Source: Paraglomus brasilianum (Eukaryota). Taken from it: a DNA stretch of 36,196 nucleotides. Shown here piece by piece: positions 22,301 to 34,889 of the stretch (positions within the stretch are counted from its first letter, which is position 1; each line of letters begins with the position of its first letter). The translations under genes were made by a program, and so were the position numbers. The DNA is taken from assembly GCA_910592345.1 (NCBI GenBank), contig CAJVPI010000301.1, positions 1 to 36,196 on the forward strand, in the 5' to 3' direction. Under the pieces are notes generated by a model. That model was given only the letters and a program-made list of their open reading frames with translations. It had not been told where the DNA came from and searched no databases.

Positions 22301-24371
22301 CTGGGCCATCGAAGGTGAAGTCCAACTGTTCGTCACCTTGTGAATAATTACAACAGTATACACTTGTTAAGATGCTAATTCTTTGGCCTGCTTTCTTTAA
22401 TCATCAGAAGACTCACCTTTGTTAAGGCGATATTTAGTTTTCGTAAAATCTCGCCAATTTTGTGAAATCGTTGGGCCAGTGAAATCAGTAACCCAGGGAA
22501 AAATTAAGTGAAAATTCGGATCTCCAATACGGCGTCCTTAAACAATGAACAACAATTAGAAATTTATGCAATATTGTGACTGAATTTTTTATATTTACCT
22601 GCCAACTGATTTAATGCCATAATATAGGAGAAGTTTGATATATCACCACGAACCCATTTCATAATCAGGCTCTCATCGGGTATCTCTTTAAAATATAAAT
22701 ATAATTCTGGAATCAATACTAGTACTCATGGAAAGCAAGAAAGTAGTGATTAAAGACCAAGCAATTGCTTTACGTAATACTCTTCAAGATTTAGAAAGTC
22801 AATGAAATTTCACTTATTTAATTCTTGGAAATAACAATTCTCAGACCTTTTGGTATATTTTGTAAATATAGTTCTTTATCCTGCTGGTTTTCATATGGTG
22901 TCATTGCTTGCTCACTTGTACTTGATTTATCCCCTATAGAAAGGCGTTCGGATAAATGGTCTCAAGTCATTGAATTTTAATCAAAAGCAACAATATCATT
23001 CATAGATACAATACCCACAGAAACCTCCATTTTCCTGACCTGAGCTGTTCACATTCAGACTAGTAACGGGAGATTGACGTAAATCTAATAGAGATGGCAC
23101 ACGGCATTCAAAGCCTGTCAATGAAACCCAAAGATTCTCATCCACAAGAATATTTGATAATTTAAGTCTTTAAAGTTGAAAAGTATGTTAGAAGGCAAAC
23201 CGATGCATACCAAAGATACTGTACTGATATTATATTAAACATACCCTCCATGAACGACCCCCCGTTCGTGTAGACTTTTTACACCGCGTAGAAGTTGGTA
23301 TACAATGAAGGCTTTCTTTACGTTAGAGTTAAGAACGCCAGAGCTGTATTTGAGTAAGTCTTGTAAAGTGGTGCCTTTGTAAGACGCAAGGAAATAATAT
23401 GCTCGGCTAGATTCAATAACTGCAAATATATCGAGTATGTTGGGACTAGTTAAAGTGGCGTCGGTCGAAACGCTGGATTTGTGTAGGGAGAGCACATTAT
23501 CTGTCGTCTCTTGAGCAATAACGCGAAAATACGCGCTATTTGGATATAATATGCTCAAAAATTGATCAACAAACACCTTCCAACAGAAATAATCGAAGGT
23601 GAATAGAGGAATTCCTAGTTGAACTAAAGGTAACATCCGATAAATTTGTTACATACTTCTTGTCGAGCCAATTGATAATTTTCAAAGTCGGCGTTATCCA
23701 CATCTTGCGAATCCAAATCACAGAATAATGGCGAACACTCATCGTAAATCGCTTCAATATCGGAGAGGCTAGCCACTGATCGACCCTCTATTTGCTCTTT
23801 AATAAACATCCGTATTGACGTAGTTGTCTCATCATTAGAATCAAGCGAAAATGTTTCTCCATCTTGGCGGTACCTATTATAGAGCTGTGGCCTACTGCGA
23901 ATCGCATAAAACGTAAACCGACAGTCTAATAAATGGGCCATATTAACACTTAATTTTCACTTTTACTCACTTCTTGTTGTCGGAAGAGGCTCTCTTTAAC
24001 AAGACGTTGATTGAGATGTTAGTAGTCAGTGCTTGGCGATCTTCCCCAAATTCTTCTGATCCGTCAAAGTCAAGTGGGTAACGTGTGGTAGAATATCGTG
24101 GAAGGCTTATTTTTTCGCCGAATCGGGCCTGCTTCAATGTTTGAAGCCAATGCTTGTGAACCTATCGTTTGAAGATAAAAAAAAGGTTATGTTCGAAGTT
24201 CCAACAGAATTCTTTGCTAAACAGCATTCTTCAACTGGTACTTGCCACGCAACAGGCACCAGTGCCCGTTTGCTCTTCTGCTGAAAAGCAAGGAAAAGCA
24301 ACATCTATGTGCAAGTCCTCGGAAATGATATCTGCAAGTTCTTTCCTGGTCAGTTTATCGATAGAAACCAT
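16318..24371 (-). CDS. WDR81-like protein (kinase-like region + BEACH domain + helical repeats + C-terminal WD40), >25 exons
   Basis: [21 protein letters not shown] (kinase-like); [28 protein letters not shown]...[95 protein letters not shown]40 GHSSRI...[12 protein letters not shown]. Ends LFLYA* at 16318. The start at ATG 24371 is inferred. Confidence 0.9.
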
Positions 24372-24476
24372 CTTCACGCTGCGCGATTACCATTTGGCAC
24401 AGGACATAAAAAATCCGAATGTTGTGTGACATTTCTTAATTGTTTTAAATAAAAATGTAATTAACTTAAAATGTCC

Positions 24477-24540
24477 ATAGTAATAGTAATAGTAATAGTA
24501 ATAGTAATAGTAATAGTAATAGTAATAGTAATAGTAATAG
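24477..24540. repeat. Perfect hexanucleotide microsatellite (TAGTAA)n, ~10.5 units
   Basis: Directly visible uninterrupted TAATAG repeats, ~105 bp upstream of the inferred WDR81 start. Confidence 0.97.
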
Positions 24541-24986
24541 CCCCAAATTTTATTAAATAGAATCACTTTGTGGCACTTTATTATTGCCAATGAGTATTGA
24601 TTCTCTTGAAGATAGAGTATCTTTCCTAAGGAGGGTCACTGTCATTGTTTCGCTCTCAGTATCGAATTAATGAAAGCCAGTTTCAAAGCGAGATTGAAAG
24701 AATAAATTAGTTCGAAAGGAAGAGTAACTGGAGTTGACAGACAGTGAGATTATGTATAGAAGTAACGTTAGCATTCTATGGTCAAACCTCGTTATACCAA
24801 ATTGCGTTTTACCCGGTGAAATAAAATGGTTTGCCTCCCAAATGCGCAGGTTAGAATAATTTGATATGGATGCTGCGTAAAAACGAACGAATCGATCCGA
24901 AGCATGCCTGCTGTCTTGCTTGGTTTTCCTTATCGAGAATACTCACGTCTTATATAACCGCCTAGCAAACAACACGTGTTTGTGAA

Positions 24987-25180
24987 ATGCCAGTGACTTT
25001 TATGCTCAACGGAGTGGATTGACCGATATAGCGCATTGCTCAATAAACAAGAAAATACCACTCATGTTTCCGAAATCGCTTTTTGGGCATAGCTTGAAGA
25101 ACAGGAGGAATGGAAACGCGTTGGGAATAATATTGTAGATATTTCTGCGCACAGTATATACGTAGACGGCCAGCTAAGGT
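24987..25180 (+). pseudogene. Possible degenerate HMG-box (MATA-HMG-like) fragment
   Basis: With one frameshift and one stop it reads MPVTFML..EWIDRYSALLNKQENTTHVSEIAFWA*LEEQEEWKRVG, which loosely fits PxxFML...VSxIAxxWxxLxxEExxxW. Confidence 0.3.
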
Positions 25181-26404
25181 GGATATCACTTTTGTGTCAT
25201 GGTAAATTCAGTTGTTTATCGTTCGGATTCCTCCCCGAGACTTTATATTTTTTTGCTTTATCCTACCGAATTGGGCTGTCCTTCGATTCTAACCACAGTA
25301 TTACCCTGTAATACTATTATGGTGACACTGCTTGCGGTCGTACAACAGCAACATACTATATTTCCAAGACGTCATTTTCGACTAATCCCGTTTGCTTGCA
25401 TGCAACAATTCCTTCTTGACAATATTCAGCAATCGGGCGTAATTAAACGACTGTCAATTTTCTGCCATACTCTATGTAGCATACTTGTATTCCATTGATA
25501 CTAAATATACAGTTATATTACCTAATAACAGGCTTTAAAGTGTATATCAAATATAATACTTAAAAGTATGAAATTCTCACACATTATCCAGCATAACAAT
25601 CCGAAGGTGTCACGAGAGGCCTGCGGGGAAAGTTAGCATATTTGTCCCACGCCAAGCATCTGCGTATGTGAAGTCCGTCCTTCGATGCGATATACATCGA
25701 AATTTAACATCGAAATCCCTGCACAGCACTTTCGATTTGCATGCATGCTGCCAAGTTTAGCAAGTATCGATCGATCTGTGTAAGTTGAAGCACGTTATTT
25801 ATTAATTCAATCTTATTTTTCGTCTGCTCCAAAAAACTTGAATTTATTTATCACTCTTGTCATAATGATAATCGGTCCTCTCTTACTGCTTGCAGATTAC
25901 TACATCAAATGTCAAGCTACTATGAGAGCGGACGATGGGTCGGTTACCTTGAATATGTCTAATAAGAAACGCAACATCTCAAATTATCTACCAATAAGTC
26001 CGTAATATTTATAGTAATCCCCAAAAACTGAACACAATGGAAGGAGGCTTAGAAGACACTAACTAGTTTAAGATTAAACCTACTGCTGCGTTTTACTTTC
26101 TATTAAAAACCTCTAATATAACGTCTCGTTGACATATTGATCATAACAACCGTCTTACTGGTTTACAATTAGAATTCATAGCGGGGACGTAACAATACAA
26201 ATGGGAAACAATAAACACTGCCTGTTTCAACTTTATTGTCCTGCTCAATATGGTTCGGAATTTCTAACTTGCTTTTACCCTAATAGCCTGTACTGTTAAG
26301 AAATCATTAAAGTCGGTTGACGTACGCGATAAAAGCCCTAGGTGTCGAAGATGATGGTCCGCGAAAGTGTGTGTTCTGTACGACGTTCCACCTTTTCGCT
26401 AACA

Positions 26405-26860
26405 ATGTTTAAACTAAAGACATCGATTTACTTCGTTTTTACTACAACAAATATAAAGGAAGTTGGTCGCGAATTGCAAAGAGTTACCAGGAAGAGACAA
26501 TAGAGCAATCGGTGGGGTTTACTTGATTGTCGGAACTATTTTTTGTTGTAGTTCTGAAATTTATTGTTTTGATTTATATTCGGATGGATTAATCATGCCA
26601 ACCCGGAACGTAAGAACATCATATATCTCTACCTGTTAAATCAAGTATTCTTGTTGTACGCATATTAGTATACAAATAATTACAACTTTATTGCTTTCTT
26701 TACAGTTACGAAAGCACCTTTGGAAAAATGGGAAATAGACGTTTTGAAAGAGAATTATAAATACTACGGTAATCATTGGAATCTACTTATTAAAGATTTA
26801 GAGGGCAGGACCCCTTTGCAAGCCAAAAAATAAATTTACGGTATGAAAAAACCTTCAGAG
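26405..26860 (+). pseudogene. Two-repeat Myb/SANT DNA-binding domain pseudogene with introns
   Basis: DIDLLRFYYNKYKGSWSRIAK/ELPGRDNRAI...RWINHANPE, then an intron starting gtaag, then LRKAPLEKWEIDVLKENYKYYGNHWNLLIKDLEGRTPLQAKK*. This is the Myb pattern GxxWxxI...LPGR...RWxNHLxP repeated twice, with frameshifts and a premature stop. Confidence 0.7.
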
Positions 26861-27249
26861 TAAGTAAATCGTCGAGCATTTATTTAATCAGTAAAACTGA
26901 TATCTATATGCCAGACTTATTTTACACAAGCAATTGATCAAGGAAAGAATGTCAATTTATCGAATAGTGAATAAGAATCACTCTACGGAACCAAACATTC
27001 CAGAATCTTTTATGGAATACTTTATCGAGAACAACAATGCTTGCAGTCCCGTGACTTTCGGATGATCTCCATGTCTACTTTTTATGGATATGGCAATGTA
27101 ATGTTTATATCGTCCGATGAGGTTATCCGAGTTAGAAAGGGTTTAGGAGATACAAATGGAGGTCTTTCGCAGACGAGTGGAGGCCAGAATCGTCTTGCGC
27201 AGATGATTAACTTGATGCTAGGCCTGTGGGGATGGCTAATGCTATAATC

Positions 27250-28350
27250 GGAATTAATATTAATATCAATTTGTTTAACCCTCTAATACTGTAATATCAT
27301 CGTAAGCATCAAGACGATTTTGACATAAAACGCGTTGATATTGTGCCTACAGAAAAATACGATAAGAATTAATTTAATTGCAGTTTATAAAGTAAAATTC
27401 ATATAGTAATAGAAAATTTACTTTGAGATTAACCGATTCCTTGATCAATGGGTTGAAGGCAAGACGTTGTGTTGAGCGGTAAAAAGTGTAGATAAATGTT
27501 AGAAAGATTTTGAATGGTTTCTGTACTATGCGACGAAGCGTTGTCTGAGTATGCCTCATCTGTTTATTAAATCGTTGCAAAAAATGATTAAAGATGCTTC
27601 TCTGCATCCACACTTTTTATTCCATAGGAAGAGTGGATTTGTCGATGCCACGAAGTGCACGCGGTGTTTCGTATTTATGGAGGTAATTTTTCATCACCGG
27701 TAGCATTACAAGTAATCAAGAAAGTAATTCGATCTTTTGGTTTTTTCTTTCCCAAAACAGGAGCGTGGGCAAGTGTCTTGTTTGGCTCAAGCCGCCAGTA
27801 AAGAGCTAATTAATCACAATTGAAAATATTTTTGAGTTCATAATTCTGAAGAAGTGGTTTGAAGTTCATCTCGGTAACGTGGAACCGGTTGCGCCGATAT
27901 GAAGAGAGAGAGTTTCTCCTTTTAAAGTTCGTAATCCAACCTGCAGACGCATTAATATTAAATCCAGTAATTCCAAACCGATCGACAAACTCTTTTGAAG
28001 GATGTGGTAACTCTATTCCAGATTGCACGTTCAATATTAGGATAACTAACCTTTCTCTGACGTTTAATTTGAGCCATGGCAGAATCATCAAGATTCAACC
28101 GGAATTCAGAACGTTTGAGTATGTCTGACACAGATTGCTCACTTCTTCGCTAATGGGTTTATATGCAATTGGATTATTGGCTGATCGGATTTTTTTATTA
28201 GACTCCGTTAACTTTATTACACGTGATATCCGCATATTTTTAATATAACTGGCATATAGAACTTTTTTGGTTAGCATCCGTTTAGGCTTTATCGGGAGAA
28301 ACAACAAACCTCTTTTGCCGCCTTGCGGGAAATCAGCATGCAAAGTATTT
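27250..28350 (-). mobile_element. Second, more decayed Tigger/pogo transposase remnant; boundaries approximate
   Basis: ASAGWITNFKRRNSL; YELKNIFNCD*LALYWRLEPNKTLAHAPVLGKKKPKDRIT; PRALRGIDKSTLP; WMQRSIFNHFL; TTSCLQPIDQGI. Colinear with the 8.7-10.1 kb transposase. Confidence 0.85.
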
Positions 28351-28855
28351 GATAGTGTCCAAGACGTTTAAAATTTGGTTTCAATATTTGTACGATTTAT
28401 TTTTGCGCTTGCATACACTGTTCTATTTGTACTGTAGATGTCCTTTACTATAGTAACGATATACTACTGTAACATTAAGAGCGAGCTAACTAAGTGCAAT
28501 CAATAAAGGCAATGCTATTGTTATCACAAAACGTGCATATGTGGTTGATACAGTGTCTGGATATTATTGGTTCTTAAATGTGTATGCAATAATCCTCGTA
28601 ATTTATTACAGATACTTTATAAAAGATGTATAATGCTATAACCGCAATCTTACATATGCGTGCATAAGGTTTTGAAGATTTTTAATGATTGTTAATAAGT
28701 TATTTGAATTGCATAATGATTTTACTGTATGTCTATAGAAATTGTCATAAAATACATTGTCTATGAAGAGTATAGTTATCAATACATAAGACATTCCCCG
28801 TAAGTCTAAAATACAACGACCTGGAGTAAGCACATTTGTTCACAATGACTTCCTC

Positions 28856-30045
28856 TCATGATAACATTGCCCTATGGTCCCTATCTTTAAAATGTTCAAC
28901 CCATGCATCAAGCTTGTTACCCCCAGCACAGAACCTAATCTCTACATTTCGTAATTTTTTGAAGTCATTCTTCAGCAGATCATTCACAAATGCATCCCGA
29001 AATCCCGCACACTCTTGAAATTTTAGTTCTTCCAGGTTGGTAAACGATGAAAGTGCTGGGACATCCACAAGAGCGATATTATAGAATTCAAGTGATCGTA
29101 TCGTTTTAGAGTGTCTTAAAAGCGCTTTCATTGACTCGCGAAGCTTCTTCGTTACATGCAATTGATTCTGATCACTGCCACTTTTGTAATCTCTGAGCAA
29201 ACGACCCCTAAAAACGAAATGCGTCAAATTTTGCTGAGATGATATTAGATCGGTGAGAGTTGGTAAATCTGTACAAGCTGACTCGCTCGCAATTTTGACA
29301 TCGATTCTTTCCTTCAATGATGTAAAATAGTAATTAAGAGCAAACATATTAGCCGCCTTATTCTCTAGTTACCGTAAACACATATTTGAATCAATGATCC
29401 CGATTGTCCCCTATGCTATGTGCTTACCAGATGCCCGCAACTTTCACTAAGATATCGAAGAACTTTGTGTTTAGCTGTACTGAAGCGCACTCGTACGTCT
29501 CTCGTTGTACTTATTAATTTTCTTAGATCTTTGTCAAATAACATCAATATTTCCTCCTCGACAAAATCATTGCATCTGTAATCATCTAACGTAAGCGTAA
29601 GAACATTTGCCGAATATCTGATAAATAATCTCAATATCGATTTTACAATCTGCGGTACCACTAACAACGGCGGCCGCTTTGCGCTCACTTGGTCGGTCAG
29701 TGGCCACCACTGCTTAGCCCAATATCGTGCCGCCCTTATTAGCGCACATATATCTAAATGCTTCATATATATAGGGTATGCGAATAAAGTTGACGATTTT
29801 GAAACTGGCGGAACAGAATCCAATGCGTTTCTCTCCTCATCATCCATCATTTGTATTAGTGTTCGTAGTTTGATAGGACGCATCCAGATATTAAAAGGTT
29901 GCCTCCAACATAACGGTACACTATTTTCACACCAGTGTCTATTTACTAGTAGACATGGACGCAGGTAGTTTTCCCCCATGTGATGGTCTTCTAATACATA
30001 TTCGAAGATATTGTGAAGAATGAGAGTCGGGAGAGTTGCTGCCAT
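28856..30045 (-). CDS. F-box / LRR(RNI)-like protein; exons 29428-30045 and 28856-29311
   Basis: N-terminal LPTLILHNIFEYV...LRPCLLVNRHWCENSVPLCWRQPF, then FAYPIYMKHLD; LRR-like IRSLEFYNI, FTNLEELKFQEC, FKKLRNVEI. The phase-0 intron has a GTAAGC donor, a GCTAAT branch site and an AAG acceptor. Confidence 0.8.
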
Positions 30046-30312
30046 GTATATCCGATATATTTTCGGTGATGATGTTAATAAGCTGAGTGCCTGCTCAAAT
30101 AATATATATGCATACTAAATGCCTATAATAGGAATGATCATCTCAAAATCAATCAATTAATTTCTAGAACTTGTACCTTAATATTAACTCAGCTTAGCGA
30201 ATAGTGAAACATGAATAGATTGCAAGAGAATATTAAAAGTCTTGAGGCCAGTGCACAAGCTTGCCTTGAGGTAACCTACGTCGTCGTAAAGAGTCCCAAG
30301 ATATCCTACTAA

Positions 30313-33180
30313 ATGCAATTGCTCAAACAATTTCCTTTAAAAAGGCGGCGGACGATCAAACCCAATTCTACGAACGATGTCATGACTTTACGACCTCCAT
30401 AAACAAACACCTAGCGGCAGCACAGCCTGATCAAGTTCAAGTATTAACTTACTTAAAGCAGACTTTATTTCCTACTCAACCTCCGGCACGTCTGGTAATT
30501 AGCAGATTCAGATAAATAATATTAAGACAATTCATAGTCAACTCTCTTATTTCGTGTGCTTAGACCAAGGTCGTTCAGAATATATCATGGGATCTATTCA
30601 GACTGGTGATACCATTTGTGGAAAACGAAGCAGATACATCTAAAATTGCACAAGAAATTATCCGTAGCATTGCTGACTTTGGAAGGCCCCGAGAGATTTA
30701 TATGGCAGGCATTGAGATTTTAACACTTCTTGAATGGAATGGGAAAGAGCAGCAGGCGCTTAAACGAGTAGAAGTTGTATCAAAAGTTTTAATGATAGGT
30801 AAGTGACTTGTAGAGGGGAGGCACCACCCTCTCCGCGTTACTGTCATCTATTTTTAAAATTCAGTATTGATTTATACAAGCGTATACACACACATGGACA
30901 TATACATCGAACGTTGTGCATGAAAAGAATAGTTTTTTCGCGTATAGAACGTCGATCTCTGATAAAATTCCTTCCTGACGCTGCTAAGGCCTACATACGT
31001 ATTTGGCGATGCTTGAAGATTGTAGACTCCGTTCTAAAAGATCGCATGCTGTCACACCTTATCTTGGTTTCGGAATGGTTTACTTCTCTGTTTAATTTTA
31101 TTGACTGCAAGGTACGTCTCTAAATATATGTAGGCTACCTTTTTGTAACTTTAAGTTTGCTATTTCTCACACTCATTCTTAGACCGATCTCACGCTTTCA
31201 TCCGCTCCATCGGATGATGTAAACTATGAGTATTATATTGCAACATATTATTTAATACATGCAATAGAGTGCTACGTTGATGCATACAGCATTCCAATGT
31301 CGGAGATGTACTATGAAAGATTTCATCCAAAGTATTATCGGATACCAGGAAAGGCAAAAGCGGGTGATTCAATAAGAAGTGAGGACAAGGAGAATCTTGA
31401 AAAGCTCATAGTGAGTCACGTTCGCTGATTTTTCCGGTATAAAATTTATTATCAATAGCGTTTAAACTCTGGTTTCCAAATTTTAACAGAGACTGGCGAT
31501 CAATAATTATGTTACTACCAATCAACTATTGAATTATTATGTTTATCATAACGATGTTAGTGAAGGTATGTATGTCGACATGTCTCGTGCATCTCTGGAA
31601 TCGGTGTATATATATTCACCTACATCAGTCGACTATAGACATGAAAGACGAGAACGATCAGAAAGTGGCAAAGTTTTCTACCACAGAGCTTTCTATATCG
31701 GGCGACATCATCTTGTCGTACTTTGCGTGTGCTATCTTCTGTCAAACACTTCTGTCATCGAAGATAATGCTGCCACTGACAATATCGCCGTTATGGATCC
31801 TGAAGAAATTGATGCCGATAGTTGTGAACAGATTACCAAAGTATGTTTTACGTAGTTTAAATTTGATTGATTATTTTCGTTGATCTAATGTAACAAGCGA
31901 ATACCTCAAGCTCTACATTATCTTGTTCTCACTAGTGAGGAAAAAGAAAGACTAGTTGCGGACAGGACATTATTGGTTCTCATATTTCTTGTTGAGAGAA
32001 TTGAAGAGAACTCGATTACCAATGAATATCTTGATCAGGAGTTGAGTGGCGCCGATGTCCAGGCATCAATTCTGATAAAGGTGCGTTCACCGATTCAAGT
32101 TGTGGTTAATATAGAACAACGATGAGATTTCATAAAGTGCTGACTATGGTGATAATTGCAAGGTTATAGCCTCCTTTGCATCTACTTCGTCAAACGAGTC
32201 ACTTCGCTTCATAGCGTTCCAGCTTCTTTCTCGGGTAATTGCCATATGCACGGATGATGCAAAGGTGTTTCTTCTGAATGAACTTCTAAATACTTGCCCA
32301 TTCGAGACAATGAGGTGTGCAACAATCGGACTCGTGAAGGAAATTGTTGCAAACAGCTTAGAGCGAGCTTCTCAAGTGAAGGTTGGGGAGAAGGTAAAAA
32401 AAAAAAAAAAAGGAAAAAGAAAATATGATAATTCTTCAAAACTACTTAGAGAATGGTTATGAATCGCTGCCTTATTTAAACAAATAGCCATACTCTTCGA
32501 TTTTCGCAAGTACGTATATGGTCGAAACCTTCTTTCCACGTATTTTACGCTTTGATCCTCCGACCGTAATTCGAGATGAATCCGATTTCATGGAGAAGTA
32601 TAGCTATATCATTCATGGTCTTAATTTCTATCTTTTCGTCTTGATGAGAGATGTTCAGAACCTTGTAAGCTATGAACCATATTTCTTTTTTGCGTCATTG
32701 CTCTACCAGATATGTTATTTACATTGGTTTTTATAGACTGGTGTTTGGGATGACATTCAAATACGCGATACGAACAAAGAATTCCTAGATCCCTTGGAGA
32801 AAAAGGTTCGAGAGTGGGTCAAATCGCTTGAAGAAAAGTCGAGAAAATTTGAAGAAACATTAACAGGTTGCGTTGCGCGTATTTATCAATCATATGATCA
32901 AATTGATCATCTCATCGAATACCCCATTCGTGATTCGTAGATATTTGTCAAGTGGATTTGCAGTCGCAGCTGGATGCATGTTCTGAAACATCTGAAGTTA
33001 AATTAACACCTGTACAGGAGTATCAGGTGAATTGTGTTACCAGCGTTTACTTGTTCATCAGTGAGATTTATCGTTATTAACTGTTTCTGCGCGCAGGCGT
33101 TACACAATAAGGTGAACAATCTGTATATTCTGGAAAATGTCTTGGGTAAGATTCGCGATGTTCTGAAGAAGCACAGATGA
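30313..33180 (+). CDS. Glomulin / ALF4 / Ybp1-2 family helical-repeat protein, ~11 exons
   Basis: VQNISWDLFRLVIPF...IADFGRPREIYM matches the family N-terminal WDL...AxxGxP[KR]E pattern. The C-terminal part reads LNELLNTCPFETMRCATIGLVKEIV and GLNFYLFVLMRD. Exons are bounded by GT-AG; stop TGA at 33178-33180. Confidence 0.75.
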
Positions 33181-33518
33181 TTGGTGAACTTACTGCATTC
33201 GCAAATGCATCTACTTGCCTTCCAACATTGAAAAATGTCAATAAAAAAAGCTCACATTCCTGACACAATTACCGGTTTGTTTGGACTTGTTTTTTACTTG
33301 CGCATAATGGCTAATTAATGAACTAAGGATTTTTAAATTCCCCCCAGCTAGACGCAAAAAAAAAAAAAGCCTGCATAAGCCATATTAGTCTTCTTACATG
33401 AACCGACAAGTCACCTGCATAAGACTAGCCATTTTGAGCGTTATCTTTGTTTATAACCAAGTACAACATCATTAGATACTCGCAAACGCTCTTACGCTTT
33501 TAAATTCTGAAAGCATCT

Positions 33519-34636
33519 ATGAATCTTCAACGACCGTTCCCTGACAACGTTCTATTCTGCATCTTCCAACAATTTCCCGATAATGATGCAGGCGAAGATG
33601 CGCTATGTTCATGTACCCTTGTTAACAGACAATGGTTTTCAATTGCTGCAAAGTTCTACTGGCTAAGACCGTTCAGTTCGACCTCAAAGACAAAACGAGG
33701 AATGGTCAGTGTCAGGGCATTTTTGAGTCTATTGAATAGTGTCGAAAGGCGTGAGATTTCGGTCAAGCTACCAGAAAAATGGATAAACCCTACTATAGCG
33801 TATCCGTCGTATGTAAAGGATCTTGATATCTGTGGTCTTATCCATGATGTATACGAATGGCTATGGTTGCAGTTAGACAAACTATTGCAACCGAAGAAAA
33901 GAGTAATGGTCATCTATTCAGCTGTACATGCTATATTAAAAATGCTTAAAAGATACTCTGTCAATCTGAACACTTTGATAATACATAAGACAGATTTCCT
34001 ACACGAAGTCGATGATATTTTACAAGTTCTACTTGATCCAGAAATTCACGAATTAGTCTTGCCCATTCGATCATTGAGGGTCTATGTAAATGCTTATTGG
34101 AATATGAAAGTTGCAACGCCAATACTTTCTCTCGTCAACGATTGTAAATTCATTGTAAGTATGGATGAGAGCATATTGTTTTACGCGCAAAGACGATATT
34201 CTAACAATTAATTTTGCAGACTCAAGTCAGCATATCCATTGAACGTACAAAACATACCCCTCGCCCGCTCACAAAGTTTATTCGAACACATCCTGGCTTC
34301 GAAGTTCTTCGACTTCGATTATTCTTCATTTACGAAGCACGAGCATTTAAGCAAATAGTCTCGACTATTGCATTCCACTCCAAGACATTGCGACATTTAG
34401 AATTGGCGTGGATTGACTTTTGTGGTTCAGGACCACTGCATATGATTGCTGCTTGTCAACAACTGGAAATTTTGAAGATAATGATGTGTAGGAAGATTTC
34501 TGTTAAAGCGGCTGAGCCGTTGATTAATGCAAAGTTTCCGTGTTTGAAGAGCGTTGAGGTTTCCGGGTGCGATTGTCCAGAGCTTGAACAATGGGCACAA
34601 ACTGTTAATGAAAGGAACTGTAAGGGTTTACTTTAA
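33519..34636 (+). CDS. F-box / LRR(RNI)-like protein, paralog of 28856-30045; exons 33519-34154 and 34220-34636
   Basis: FPDNVLFCIFQQF...LCSCTLVNRQWFSIAAKFYWLRPF, IAYPSYVKDLDIC, HSKTLRHLEL, CQQLEILKIMMC, FPCLKSVEV. One phase-0 GT-AG intron at 34155-34219. Confidence 0.82.
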
Positions 34637-34889
34637 TATTGATAACCTTATGTTAGTTGTAAATTATAAAATTAGAGAGTTCAAATTGTATGATACGAAA
34701 ATATAGACAGTGTAATAAATTTCTTTTTTTTTGGTGACAACGAAGAGAAGTGGCATGTACTTGCTGAGAAGCCACATCAAAAAAGATAACTTTCTAGATT
34801 AGGAGTAAAAGGTATTTATGCGGTTCGACTAGCTTGTTTCTTACTCATTAACGCCTCATTCTCATCTGTTAGCGTATATTTTTTTTCTT

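Noticed and set aside
24387..24590. 67-aa ORF with a poly-tyrosine run
   Set aside because: It is the translation of the (TAGTAA)n microsatellite's reverse strand and has no other coding features.
24778..24800. GGTCAAACCTCGTTATA, resembling a pogo-type TIR
   Set aside because: No partner inverted copy was found in the window, and the terminal bases do not fit.
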